The position numbers were made by a program, and so were the translations under genes. A stretch of 64,000 nucleotides of DNA from Tortispora ganteri (taxonomy: Eukaryota). The notes beneath the pieces are model-generated. The model was given only the letters and a program-made list of their open reading frames with translations. It was not told the DNA's origin and searched no databases. The stretch covers positions 1 to 64,000 of the forward strand of contig PPNB01000027.1 in NCBI GenBank assembly GCA_003707115.1, given 5' to 3'. Shown one piece after another: positions 30,533-41,474 of the stretch (position 1 is its first letter; each line of letters starts with the position of its first letter).

Positions 30533-31272
30533 CTCATCTTTATTTCGTTTTGAGGTTGAGCTATCTTGCCTATTATCACGCCTCTTACGGCGTTAAACAG
30601 TAGTACTATTTCGCCTATATGCATTTGAGTTATAAGAATAGGGTTTTGAATTGGCTCTTCGAATATTAATCCATTTTCGAGCAAGTATTTCCGCATGGTC
30701 CCCTGTAGAAGCAGCTTATCGTCGAGCATATCAATAGCCGGAGTGATCCACCTGCCGTCTCGCCATACAGCCACGTTACATATAGATGATTCCAGGAGTC
30801 TGCCTTTTGCATCATGCAGCAAAACGTCTTTACGATCCTGCAAAGATAAGTTTACTCTTTTGCGAGCGTTTTCGGAGAACTCTCTCTTCGTGGTCTTGAA
30901 GAGCCTTGCGTCTGTCGAGTAGTCTTCTACTGACGGCTGGGGATCAATGTAGACGGTATAGGGGTTCATGGGTTCCGATGGCGGAGCAGAGCGTGCATTT
31001 TGCACTAAAAGATCAAATGAGACAGAATCGATAGGCGAATGAGTAATTTCGAGTTGGTTATCGGCCACTATTGATATGCGAACACGATGACATCCCGTGA
31101 ATGCTTGCATTTCTATGATTTCAGCTAGGGAACCTTGTAGATTGTCGAAAGTAAATCCAAAATGGATAGATGCCCTTGTCAATCTTTCTATATGATAATC
31201 GTACAAGAATATTTGGGATTCGATAGTATCTCCCTGCGATACGTCTAGCCTAAAAGAAGTTATGGGGAGCAT
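30529..31272 (-). CDS. ABZ2: Aminodeoxychorismate lyase, class IV PLP enzyme
   Basis: YHIERL, FKTTKR, ESSICNVA, WITP, LQGTMRKYLL and NAVRG motifs. Confidence 0.82.
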   Translation of the reverse strand: MLPITSFRLDVSQGDTIESQIFLYDYHIERLTRASIHFGFTFDNLQGSLAEIIEMQAFTGCHRVRISIVADNQLEITHSPIDSVSFDLLVQNARSAPPSEPMNPYTVYIDPQPSVEDYSTDARLFKTTKREFSENARKRVNLSLQDRKDVLLHDAKGRLLESSICNVAVWRDGRWITPAIDMLDDKLLLQGTMRKYLLENGLIFEEPIQNPILITQMHIGEIVLLFNAVRGVIIGKIAQPQNEIKMS

Positions 31273-31418
31273 AAGTACGGATATAGGTTAAGTTGATGCA
31301 AAAGTCGTCATTGATATATACAAAATACCGATATTTGAAAGTGTGTTCATTTTGCAGAAAGAATGCTTATAGAATAATAGCATATCAATCCATTATAAAT
31401 TTTCATCATGAAATTCTC

Positions 31419-31958
31419 TTAAGCGGAATTTGTCTGTCGGTACAGCTTAAATCCGCCAGCAGTAATTAGCTCCATAATGTAGTTCATGCCTTTTCGAGAG
31501 CGGAGCATATTTTCAGGAAACCTTTTATGTCCAAAAGCTTCAATTTTATCGCGAATTAAAGAAAATTGCGACAATATTCTTACCTCTGTATGCGCTAAAG
31601 TGGTTCCCTGATTAGTGCCCTGATATTTTACATGTTCGTCTACTCTCATTACTTTCGTATGGTCGAGGTTCCTGCTCCACGACTGCATCACTTTGTTATC
31701 TTTGTCGACAATACTATCTTCAAGGATATATGATTCGTTAATACGTCCAAGAAAACTAGTAGCCCATTTCGGCAAACGACCTTTCTTAACAAGAAGTCTT
31801 GTAGTGTGCAGGCGACCCTCACTGTCGATATGCCGACTAATAGTGTCAACACTTTTCACATGGTTCGAGTACGGGTTCGGATATTTCAGGAACAATGCCA
31901 AAGAGACCACTCCAAAATCATGGTCATACGTATAGTTGCTAGAAAAGAACTTTACCAT
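31419..31958 (-). CDS. UPS1: PRELI/MSF1 mitochondrial phosphatidic acid transfer protein
   Basis: MVKFF..., KYPNPYSNHV, RLLVKKGRLPKW, RNLDHTKVMRVDE. Confidence 0.9.
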   Translation of the reverse strand: MVKFFSSNYTYDHDFGVVSLALFLKYPNPYSNHVKSVDTISRHIDSEGRLHTTRLLVKKGRLPKWATSFLGRINESYILEDSIVDKDNKVMQSWSRNLDHTKVMRVDEHVKYQGTNQGTTLAHTEVRILSQFSLIRDKIEAFGHKRFPENMLRSRKGMNYIMELITAGGFKLYRQTNSA

Positions 31959-32234
31959 TTGAATGCGCCACTTGTTCAAAGGAGGCGGGGATGTAAAAAG
32001 AAATGGTAAAGGTAATGGCGTAACGAGACTTTATTAAGCGGAAATGTTTTAAGGTTCTCGGGGTTTATTAGGAAAGATGTTTGTTTTTATTGGTCAATAA
32101 CTATACAACCAACCCTAACCTCATCACACTCCCCACACTTCTCTAATTCGAAGATTGTGGTAGGGTAGGCCAGACAGGTAATGGAGACTAGCTGACTAAA
32201 AAGGGAACGAGGTAAAATTGAGGCGTTCGATGTA

Positions 32235-33449
32235 CTAGTTCACGGACCAGTTGAGTTTTCTATTAGGGTTCATAAATTCAGCAACTAGTTCATCTGTGAT
32301 TTTTGCGCGACGAGATTGGAAATCTTTCACAAATTCTTGGAGCACTTTAGAACATTCGACCTTTAGTTCTCCACTAAGCATTTTTCCAGATTTGTAGTCG
32401 TCGTAGATCTGTTTCACTTTATCGTCATCGTCCAAAAAGAACCATAGATATTGATATGATACATCAATGTCAGGATTACCTCCCTTTTGGCGGTGCTCTT
32501 CAATTGTCGGCTGGCCTCCTGAGAAGGCGTACTTCTTAATTTTTTTATCGACCTGCTTAGGAGTGTCGGTCATGTAGATCGCAGATGTGTCTAGTGACGC
32601 AGACATTTTACTTTGAGAGCCCTGTAAAGCGGGGAAAAATCTTGAATGGATCAAACTTGGTTTAGGATACCTCAATTTGAAAGCGACATCCCTGGACAGT
32701 CTGAAATAGGGATCTTGATCAATAGCGCATGGAATTAAGCATGGGATATCCGTTCGATCTCCAAATATGTGAGGAAATGAGCTGCAAAATGCAGTGGCAA
32801 TTTGAATGGAAGCAAAATGTAATTTGCCAATGTTATCGCTATCGGTAAATCCAAAAATAGCTTTAGAGGTAGACGTTGTTATCTGTCGTGATACTCGTAC
32901 TACATTAGCGTAGAATTCACCGCCCATGTACTGCAAATCAGAGAATATGAAAGTCTTTTCGAGATCGAACCCGCAAGCAATTATATCCTTAGCATTTTCT
33001 TTTGTAAATCTTCTTACATCTTCGATCTTTAGGTTAGGCTTAAACAAAAACTTTTCGTCGTCTGTCATCTCGATAATCAATGGCACACCAAATACATCCT
33101 GCAACCATTTAGTGAACACAAAGGGCGTCATGTGACCTAAATGCATGCTGTCACTGCTAGGACCACGACCGGTATATAGAAAGAAAGGTTGATTCTTTTC
33201 ATGACGATCTAATATGACGTTCAAGTCCCTTTCCGAAAAGAAAACTCCTCGGCGAAGGAACACATGAGGTTTGTGTCCAGTCACTGCTTCAAACCTTTTC
33301 AGCGTCTCTTCTGTAACTTTTTTAGTTCCAAAACTTTGAATCAATTTATCATAATCAATTTCTTGCTGCTGTCCATCAACAACAGCGCCTTCAACTTCCC
33401 ATGGAGTCACTTTTTGCTCTGCTTTGTCGGCAATGCTGAGGTTCTCCAT
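32235..33449 (-). CDS. WRS1: Cytoplasmic tryptophanyl-tRNA synthetase
   Basis: [38 protein letters not shown] at 33449. Confidence 0.97.
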   Translation of the reverse strand: MENLSIADKAEQKVTPWEVEGAVVDGQQQEIDYDKLIQSFGTKKVTEETLKRFEAVTGHKPHVFLRRGVFFSERDLNVILDRHEKNQPFFLYTGRGPSSDSMHLGHMTPFVFTKWLQDVFGVPLIIEMTDDEKFLFKPNLKIEDVRRFTKENAKDIIACGFDLEKTFIFSDLQYMGGEFYANVVRVSRQITTSTSKAIFGFTDSDNIGKLHFASIQIATAFCSSFPHIFGDRTDIPCLIPCAIDQDPYFRLSRDVAFKLRYPKPSLIHSRFFPALQGSQSKMSASLDTSAIYMTDTPKQVDKKIKKYAFSGGQPTIEEHRQKGGNPDIDVSYQYLWFFLDDDDKVKQIYDDYKSGKMLSGELKVECSKVLQEFVKDFQSRRAKITDELVAEFMNPNRKLNWSVN

Positions 33450-33663
33450 TGTACTGTTTAAGTTCAACACCCGTATACCGTGTATATATATATATATATC
33501 TTCACATAGCAACGGTAGACAATGCCATACTATTTTGCGTCAAAATAGAGAATGTCAATTGAGAATAATTAAAAAGTATTCATTATAGATAACCGTTCTA
33601 CCAATTATGTAAAATCACATTCAGGTTATCGAAGTAGTTGCGGCTCTCAACAAAGCCTTATGG

Positions 33664-35130
33664 TCAATGCAGAACCACAGATTTGAGAACTGTGTACTCT
33701 TCAAGACCCCAGATTCCGCCAAAACGGCCGTATCCACTAGACTTAACACCCCCATGGGGTACACCGGCCATATCACCCACTGTAGATCCATTAATATGCA
33801 CTGATCCGGCCTCAATTTCCTTGCTGACCTCAATGGCTTTCATCGTATTGCGGCTCCATACTGCTGCATTTAGACCGTATTCAAGACTGTTCGCAACCTT
33901 TAGCGCTTCTTCTAGAGTATCATAAGGCATCACAGACAATTGAGGGCCAAAACTTTCATCTTTCGCCAATGCTGCGGAAGAGGGTATATCGGACAGGACC
34001 ACAAACGGCAGCCGGCTCGTGTTTATCGATTCAAACAATACTCTCGCTCCGTTCGATTTCGCCGATTGTACAAGATTAGTAAATCGCTCAAAATGAAAAC
34101 TGCTAGACAATGCTCCTGATTCAGGAAATCCTATTGCGTCCAATATAAGTGGCGCCATTGTTTGGAGGAGTTCTTCAAACTGCTGAATTTTTGATCTAGG
34201 AACGAGAGTTATCTCTGTACTCATACATACTTGCCCTTTATTTAGAAAAGCACCAACCAAGACAGACTCTGCAGCTTTCTCGAGATCGGCGTCCTCCATA
34301 ATCAGGGAGACAGCTTTGCCTCCAAGTTCAAGACAGACGGGCTTTATATGCTCGGCTGCGGTAATAGCTACTTTTCTTCCAATGTTCGTAGAGCCCGTGT
34401 AATTAACTTTACGCGTTTCTGGTGCAGCAATTATTCGGCTAATGAGCCCAGGCGTCTGCGTATCTGAACCATGTACAACATTAAGGACTCCAGGCGGAAG
34501 TCCGCTTTCTATAAAAGCCTTAGCGAAGTGAAAACAGCTGGCAGGCGCTACACTGGGCGTTTTCAAAATAGAAGTACACCCAGCGGCAATGGGAAACAAG
34601 AATGCACGTGTAGCCAAAACACCTGGCGCATTCCAAGGAGTGATGCCTAGTACAGGTCCAATTGGCTGTCTGTACACTAAGGGGATTGTATTCTTTTCCA
34701 TTGAGTAAGGGATTGTACCGTTTAATGAGGTAGTAATAGAGGCACAGTATTTAACAATTTCAATTCCAAGGTCGTAGATAAAAGAAGCGAACCCAGGATC
34801 TAAATCTACCTCTAAGTGACTCAATTCGAGGCCTTCATTTTTTGTTTTGACAAGACGGTCTACTGCACCTAACAAGATGTCTCTTCGTTCGTGAGGCAAA
34901 ACTTTTTTCCAAGTTTGAAAGCTCTTATAACTCGATTTAACTGCTTTATCCGCCAAATTGTCTGAACAACCTTGTGCGATACCTACAGTCTGCTTAGATC
35001 GTGGGTTCACTATATCGAAGTGGAATGCACTATCGCCGTCTATGTATTGACCATCAATAAACGCCGGACATACAGAGTAGTGTCTCTGTGCCAATGACCT
35101 AGTACAAAGTCTTATAGCTCTAGAATACAT
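33664..35130 (-). CDS. Aldehyde dehydrogenase, salicylaldehyde/vanillin dehydrogenase-like, with predicted mitochondrial presequence
   Basis: ITPWNAP, YTGST, LELGGK, catalytic GQVCMSTE, ESFGP, GGVKSSGYGRFGG. Confidence 0.85.
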   Translation of the reverse strand: MYSRAIRLCTRSLAQRHYSVCPAFIDGQYIDGDSAFHFDIVNPRSKQTVGIAQGCSDNLADKAVKSSYKSFQTWKKVLPHERRDILLGAVDRLVKTKNEGLELSHLEVDLDPGFASFIYDLGIEIVKYCASITTSLNGTIPYSMEKNTIPLVYRQPIGPVLGITPWNAPGVLATRAFLFPIAAGCTSILKTPSVAPASCFHFAKAFIESGLPPGVLNVVHGSDTQTPGLISRIIAAPETRKVNYTGSTNIGRKVAITAAEHIKPVCLELGGKAVSLIMEDADLEKAAESVLVGAFLNKGQVCMSTEITLVPRSKIQQFEELLQTMAPLILDAIGFPESGALSSSFHFERFTNLVQSAKSNGARVLFESINTSRLPFVVLSDIPSSAALAKDESFGPQLSVMPYDTLEEALKVANSLEYGLNAAVWSRNTMKAIEVSKEIEAGSVHINGSTVGDMAGVPHGGVKSSGYGRFGGIWGLEEYTVLKSVVLH

Positions 35131-35449
35131 TCTTATGATTTGTTCAACAGTAATTATAGAAAAAGAAGCAGACTTGTTTTACGGGGAATTATCGACGATT
35201 GGAGTTCAGCAAGAGGTAGAAGCGAATAGCAGTCACAACAAATAAATAAAACAAAGTCAATCAGCAAAAATAATTAATAAAGTGTGCTCGACTAGTACGT
35301 TTTTTGCTGACTAAAGAAGTGAAATTGCTGCGGATGACAGTAGTATTGCAAGAGTGCCTAATACACATACTCCAGAAGCTAAACAGCCGTAACAAAACCT
35401 TATACATGGATATACGTTATTTGCCCTGACAATCAAATAGTATCTGATT

Positions 35450-36133
35450 TCAATTTGACTGAGTTTGCTCTGTCTGTTCATTTTCAGCTTCATTTTCCTC
35501 TATTTCATCATCTTCGTCGTTTTCATTTTCATCATCTTCTTCGTCTTCTTCATCTTCGTCTTCTTCATCTTCTTCGAGATCTTCTTCTTCGGCGTCTTCT
35601 CCTTCGTTGTCGTCTTCATCGTTCTCTTCGTCGACAATCTGTTCTGGTGGATAGTCATCTATATCGTCAGAGTCCCATTTTATATTGAACCTGGTAACAC
35701 GTGGCTTTTCAGCAAGAATATTTCGAACAATATTTTCGATCTGTACTTTAGCAGGCGGTGATTCGCGTAGCTCTTCGGAGTTGTACTCGTTGTTCTGGTA
35801 ATACCCGACGCGCACAAACTCTTTACCACCATAAGCGCAAGTCAACAAGATCACAGTAACACCTACTATTTCTGATTGAGGTAGTAATTCAGCACGAGGT
35901 GGATCAGCTGTGAATATAAATTTATTTGTGCCGACAGGGATTGGTCCTACTAGAATAGAATCGAGATCTTGGTCATGTTCTGGTGAAGTGGACGATCCCA
36001 CATACGTCAGTTTCCATTCCAAATCATCTTTCAGAGATTCAAGACACTCAAACGTGATTTCAAACTCATATGGGTCTGAAAAAGGTGCAGGATTGTTCAG
36101 TATCGATATGTTGAGAATCGATACAATAGACAT
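35450..36133 (-). CDS. ASF1: Histone H3/H4 chaperone Asf1
   Basis: [38 protein letters not shown], acidic tail. Confidence 0.98.
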   Translation of the reverse strand: MSIVSILNISILNNPAPFSDPYEFEITFECLESLKDDLEWKLTYVGSSTSPEHDQDLDSILVGPIPVGTNKFIFTADPPRAELLPQSEIVGVTVILLTCAYGGKEFVRVGYYQNNEYNSEELRESPPAKVQIENIVRNILAEKPRVTRFNIKWDSDDIDDYPPEQIVDEENDEDDNEGEDAEEEDLEEDEEDEDEEDEEDDENENDEDDEIEENEAENEQTEQTQSN

Positions 36134-36169
36134 GGTGGTTTACTCCAAGAAAAAAGGATAATGAAAAAG

Positions 36170-36175
36170 ACGCGT
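36170..36175. promoter_or_regulatory. MCB element ACGCGT in the ASF1/MRP8 divergent promoter
   Basis: Perfect ACGCGT 37 nt upstream of ASF1, a G1/S-regulated gene in model yeasts. Confidence 0.5.
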
Positions 36176-36296
36176 TATGAAAAGCCAATGTAAACCCACT
36201 TTTTAGTATGCGCATCTTCTCCCAATCACAACACCCCCAAGCAAGAAGGAAAAGAGGAGGGACGCCAAACATTGAAGCATTCTAAGCTACCAATCA

Positions 36297-36797
36297 ATGA
36301 CTGAATTAACGCTTGAATCTGTTGCTGCTAAAGTTGAACAATTGGCTGAGAATGTTAAAGCTACATCGTCAGTTATTGCAGAGACTGGTCGAATGGTTTT
36401 AAGACGCGAAATTGACGAACAGAAGCGTGCAATGGACGATCCTGTCGTTCAATCCGATATAGAACAATTGGTACAGGAACTCCAGGTACAACTCGATATC
36501 CTAGACGAAAAGAATATTCGACGAATTGCCAATTCCACAATCCAACCTGATAATGTTGATGCTCCAATTGCTCTACTGCCAAATCAAGCAGGCGAAGAAC
36601 CGCCAGAGATGTTCCCGACAACTCAAGGCAAACTTCTGGCGTTAAATCCTGACGAGATCCTCGAAATTCTTAAATGGTACGAGATAATAGACCAAGAAGC
36701 CCATTTCCCTACTGAACAGACCGAACAGCATGCTCAATTTGATAAATTAACAAGATACCTAGGTCTGCGTCTACGCAAATCTAAAGGCACATGGTAA
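36297..36797 (+). CDS. MRP8: Mrp8-like protein of unknown function
   Basis: IAETGRMVL, LVQELQVQLDILDEKNIRRIANS, LPNQAGE, RYLGLRLRK..TW follow the yeast Mrp8 pattern. Confidence 0.8.
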   Translation: MTELTLESVAAKVEQLAENVKATSSVIAETGRMVLRREIDEQKRAMDDPVVQSDIEQLVQELQVQLDILDEKNIRRIANSTIQPDNVDAPIALLPNQAGEEPPEMFPTTQGKLLALNPDEILEILKWYEIIDQEAHFPTEQTEQHAQFDKLTRYLGLRLRKSKGTW

Positions 36798-36858
36798 TGC
36801 TTTTTAGGTCCTTCTGCATGCATACAAAGTTATATATCTTTTTTAAGTTGCTCGTACA

Positions 36859-38916
36859 TCATATCGTCATGCCAGAAACATCTGCAAATTCCTGTTTGTA
36901 TTTCTTTTTGCCATATAGCTTTTTCTCTGAGTTAGCAGCTCGTTTCTTGCTTTTTTCTCTGGGTTCATTTTCGATATTGGCAGCAATCTTTGGTTTTTCA
37001 TAGCCACTGTTTTCCATTTCCGGCTTTTTTCTGTTTTCAGTGATCTCAAAGCTATCATTTCGAGCTTCATCGCGTTTATTGTGTCGTACCGTCTTGTGAA
37101 ATTCTCGGTCATTGTCAAACTCTTGTTTCCTTTTCGCATTCTTTTCTTGCATTTCTCGCATGCGCGTCATCCAATCGGAATAATGGAACATATAGTTATC
37201 CATATCCCAATTTTTCCAAACATTTCGTCCACTCACTGATTCTCTAATATTTATTTCATTCACCACAAGTTCTTTGGCAATCCTCTCTTTATAGTTAACG
37301 AGTCCCTTTGTCGCCTTGAAACACGAATCAACCACAAACGATCCTGTCTTGTCTGTAGCCAGTTCTCCAAAGTTTCCAAAAAGTCGGTTAATCAGTTTAC
37401 GCGCCTGAATAGGAGTCAGCCACTGATTCTCAAATATCGACTCCCATATCCTTGCATAGGAGTTGTGTTTGCACATTTCAATGTACAGTTCAGTTTTGGT
37501 CTCAAGAAGGCCGTCCACAATGTGGTTAAAAGCCCTCTGATTGAATTTGGAGAATTCCGTCAAAAACAGCACAGCGTTCATCTCCTCTAGCCGTGTGGAA
37601 CGGTCTTCATGCAATGAGCTGGATATAGTCAGAATCGGCAACACTGTGAAAAGCATATTCTTACCATCGCACACATCAAACAGCTCAGAAGTCAGCTGAT
37701 CAACTCCATGATTACACATCTTGCTGGTCACAACGCATGCTCGCAGCAATCGCAAATTCGTCTTCAAAAACGAAGGTATGCTTGGCCACAGTTCGTCAAG
37801 AATCTCGACTCTGTCTTTGTATCTCAGCGCTGACATAAGTTTCTCAATTATAAAACCGCCTACTTCTCGTCCCGGAAGCAGTTTCAGTCTGTCTCGGCAG
37901 TACAGTTTGTATAGACGGAGCTTAAATTTGTAAGGCGTAAACTCCAGGACAGATTCAAACAGGCGGCTACCGGCAGGATCGCTCAAGAGATATTCCATGA
38001 ATGCCTTCTCTTTGTCGTCTTTCTCCTCGTAAGCGGGTTTGAACAGCTTGTTCACTACTACAGTGCCATTAAACTGTGAATCAATTTGAACAGCTAGCTG
38101 GAAAACAGGGCCTGATACTGGGTTAATTGCAGCAGATCGGAGATCGCTGATCGTATCGTACATATTCAACATCGAGTTGATCATCTCCTTAGCCATAGAC
38201 TTCCACTCGTCGGGCACTTCGCGCGGTTCGTTTTGAAGGCTGGAGTTTAAATTAGTCATTGCTCGAGCTTTAGCACTTCTTTTGCTTCGAAGCACATCTG
38301 AAGAAAGTGGTTCACCTGATAGAACCAGAAGCAATACCCTTAAGGAATGTGAGGAGTATGGATCAACGATGAGTTTTGAGATGTTAAACTGGAATCCTTT
38401 AGCGACGTTTAGAATTGTGTCATTGACATCTGAAGTACCAGACGTTCCGCATTTGATCAGCAGAGCTTCTAAACAATGTGAAGCATAATGATGTTGGGAT
38501 AAGTCTATGAGATGCGGCAAAAATGCATCGAGTATCTGAATAGATTCCTCAAGGGTACTCGACACTATGATCCGTTCGATCAGCTTGGACCCAATTTGAT
38601 CGCATGCAAGCTTCAATTCCTTGCCCTTTATTTCCACAATAACTGACTGCAAAAACAGAGCTCTATCATCAGCAGAGTCGAAGTTTCCTTTCAGAGACAG
38701 CAGACTTTCAGCCCTTGAGAAGTACTCGGTCTCGTCGGGAGTTAATACACCAAAAAATATATTTGATTTTTGTTGTTCCTCAAAAGGGATGAACTCATCG
38801 TCCTGTGGTTCGTGAAACTGGCTAGTCGGAAGATCATGCGATTCATTAACATCGTCGGCTACTTTTGCTTCATCTTTTTTTATTCTACGACCTCTTTTCT
38901 TATTTTCTCTAGGCAT
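36859..38916 (-). CDS. NOP9: Pumilio-repeat nucleolar protein Nop9
   Basis: MPRENKKRGRR start, FFGVL...ETEYF, KGKELKLACDQIGSKLIE, YASHCLE, YKERIAKEL, GRNVWKNW. Confidence 0.93.
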   Translation of the reverse strand: MPRENKKRGRRIKKDEAKVADDVNESHDLPTSQFHEPQDDEFIPFEEQQKSNIFFGVLTPDETEYFSRAESLLSLKGNFDSADDRALFLQSVIVEIKGKELKLACDQIGSKLIERIIVSSTLEESIQILDAFLPHLIDLSQHHYASHCLEALLIKCGTSGTSDVNDTILNVAKGFQFNISKLIVDPYSSHSLRVLLLVLSGEPLSSDVLRSKRSAKARAMTNLNSSLQNEPREVPDEWKSMAKEMINSMLNMYDTISDLRSAAINPVSGPVFQLAVQIDSQFNGTVVVNKLFKPAYEEKDDKEKAFMEYLLSDPAGSRLFESVLEFTPYKFKLRLYKLYCRDRLKLLPGREVGGFIIEKLMSALRYKDRVEILDELWPSIPSFLKTNLRLLRACVVTSKMCNHGVDQLTSELFDVCDGKNMLFTVLPILTISSSLHEDRSTRLEEMNAVLFLTEFSKFNQRAFNHIVDGLLETKTELYIEMCKHNSYARIWESIFENQWLTPIQARKLINRLFGNFGELATDKTGSFVVDSCFKATKGLVNYKERIAKELVVNEINIRESVSGRNVWKNWDMDNYMFHYSDWMTRMREMQEKNAKRKQEFDNDREFHKTVRHNKRDEARNDSFEITENRKKPEMENSGYEKPKIAANIENEPREKSKKRAANSEKKLYGKKKYKQEFADVSGMTI

Positions 38917-39037
38917 TTTTCTGCAGGTTTTTTTTTCTCCTTGTTGTAGTGGTGAAAATGGTGAAGTCCCAACTGGGAGTAAATTGAGAACACAACCGTC
39001 TTCCAACAAGAGGGCTTCTCGTGCATTAAAGTTTTTC

Positions 39038-40369
39038 TCATCGCGATGCTGGCGGAGTCCACAGTTTCGACGTAGATGAAGGGGTAGGAGTAGTGGATCC
39101 GCTGGAAGGAACGGTACTGAATGCAGCTATTCTTCTTTCAGGTTTGGGTGACTCACAGAACGCACCGTCCATCAGATGCTCAGATGCCAAAGGACGTCCA
39201 GGAAGGCGGATGGGGCTTTCGTTTCTAGAATTAATGCTGATCGGCGCAGTTGCTGCATTGCCGTTTCCGTTTCCGTTGCCATTGCCATTGCCATTGCCGC
39301 CGTAACCGCTGACATTAGCATCAGATTGTCGTCTTATTTGCAGGTTATTCGTTATAGTAGGCAGCAAGTTGGCTTCATCTTCGGCAGTGGGCTCTTTGGA
39401 TATGTTCATCAAAGTAGGAGTGACCAGGGTCTTGTCCTGGGTCGAAGACACGTCAGACGGACGTCTTGGTTGTAAGAACGGATGCTGAATAGCGTCGTCA
39501 ATAGTCATTCTCTTCGATATGTCTACTGTGAGGCAGCGATTGATGAAATCCTGAGCGTGCAGTGATATCTCAGCCCAGTCTTCTTCATCGTAGCCGAATT
39601 CGCCGTTAAGGATAGCCTGCATTTCTTCTGCCGTTGTATCTCTATCGAACGGTGTGTAACCGCAGAGCAGAAAGTAGGCAATTACTCCTATAGCCCACAC
39701 ATCGACGGGTTTTCCATGACCTGTTTTTTGAAAAATCTCCGGTGCCATATATCCGGGTGTACCGCACGTCGTGGTGAGAACGCGGAACCGCTCTTCATCT
39801 ATCACGCGAGAAAGACCAAAATCAGCAATTAAAACCTCAGCGTTTTCATCTGGGGTACGAAACAGTAAATTTTCCGGTTTAAGGTCGCGGTGAACCACAC
39901 CGTGGTGATGCAAGTATTGTACAGCGGACGTAATCGATCGTATTATCTTTGCCGCATCTGATTCGAAATACGCCCCCAGTTTGCATATCCGATCAAACAG
40001 TTCGCCGCCCATTGCTAAATCTGTAATCAAATAAAGATTATTTCTTGTCTCAAAATAGTCAACTAATGTTAAGATGTTTTTGTGGCCTTGTGAGATCCGC
40101 TTCAGCACGGCAATCTCGTTCCTAACTAGATGCTCCCTACCGATCATCAATCTCTTACTAATAATCTTTGCGGCATAGTGGTCATTAGTCTCACAATGAA
40201 TGGCAACTTGTACCGTCGAATACGTGCCTTGACCCAATACTTTGCCCTAAAAGTTCATTTTGGTTAGTAATGTTATCATATTATGATGATCGTGTCTTTA
40301 GCAGTTACTTACCAGCTTGTATGGACATGGTCGCGGCAAAGGGACGGGCGATCTCTGCGAAGTCGGCAT
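39038..40369 (-). CDS. Ca2+/calmodulin-dependent kinase, CmkB / S. pombe Cmk1 type; exons 40369-40313 and 40246-39038
   Basis: Intron 40312-40247 (GTAAGT, TACTAAC, TAG) gives PCPYKLGKVLGQGTY. Also GREHLVRNEIAVLK, HRDLKPEN, LTTTCGTPGYMAPE. Confidence 0.92.
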
Positions 40370-41474
40370 TTTCTCTATTCTATTTCCACAAAGAAAATTC
40401 TCTATATTATACCAGAAGCCTAAATAGATCGATACAATAAGACAAACCGTGCCAAAACTGTCACGTTATTGTATCACACAGGTCGCTTTTTTAGTTCATT
40501 TACCTGAAGCAAGTGTATTCAAACTCAAAAATGGCCTAGAACCCTTGCTGGGTTCAACTAACTAACAACCTTCGGATACGTTCTTAATAAATCCTGCTAT
40601 ACAGTTACCCGGTCTCCAATCGCTTGAGTCCCCTACTCCCCGGAATAAACTTATCCTAAGGGGCACTCTCGGTTGATATGGCTGTTTTGAGAGATCTAAA
40701 CCCTTTTGCAGTCTTTCGATCGATATTTCTCCCTTGAGCACGGCTACCATAAAACAGAACCCTCCTTCTTGACCAGGCTATGTTCCTGTTGCGAGACCTC
40801 TTAGGCCCACATCTAAATTGAATTTTAGATTGGATCAATGTCCGCTATAATAAGTAATTTTTACTGCTATTTTTATCCCTGCTATTGTTATAGAGTCGGA
40901 AATCATAAGCAAAGATTAATTGAGAAACTTTAAACATTGCATAAACTTTATTCTAGATTTTTGTCGTAGACACACCTCAGCTGTCAGCATATATATCTAT
41001 ACGTAATACATGTTACAGCTAGCTGAGTACTTCAAGCACATTTGGTTATTGTTTATGAATTACAATCTGCATTTTACAGTTATACATCCCTGTATCTAAA
41101 AAGGGTCCTGAACTAATCGCGTAAGTTCTCTTCTTATACATACTTTTCATCCAATAAGCTTACGTGAACGAAAAGTTAAATTACGTAACTGAAAACTTTA
41201 TTCTGTTGTTATTTTGACTGTGATGCTTCGTTCAGTTTAACCCCCTAATAACCCCCTTGGATATTGCTGCAGTTATTTCTACTTTTCTTTTCACTCTCAG
41301 TATAAATCCACTTCTTACTTAGTGAAAGTGTTCCTGGTGGACTCGAAATTGCACTCATCTTTCTAGAATCAGGACCTTCTTCCGCTCGACTAAACCATTC
41401 TCATCCCTTTGTTTATTGTTGATAACCCTTAAGATCGAACCCTTGATCAATTACGATTTCTAAAACATAGAACA

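Noticed and set aside
31380..32130. Isolated TGATGA motifs in intergenic DNA (about 31403 and 32121; also 50943 and 54119)
   Set aside because: No properly spaced terminal CTGA with a recognisable rRNA guide.
33483..33499. (TA)n microsatellite
   Set aside because: Short, and positioned like an ordinary TATA region upstream of WRS1.
35465..35761. Very hydrophobic Phe/Ile-rich ORF resembling a membrane protein
   Set aside because: It is the reverse complement of the GAA/GAT-rich acidic tail of ASF1.
40107..40112. Possible CUG reassignment
   Set aside because: In the kinase motif NEIAVLK the conserved Leu next to this position is encoded by CTG, which fits the standard code. The tRNA in the window is Ser(AGA), not CAG.
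40562..40838. Two short minus-strand ORFs in the large intergenic gap
   Set aside because: 60-62 aa, no motifs, expected by chance. A uORF role cannot be supported from sequence alone.
40370..41474. U1, U2, U4, U5, U6, SRP, RNase P or RNase MRP gene in the gap
   Set aside because: I could not find their conserved signature sequences on either strand.
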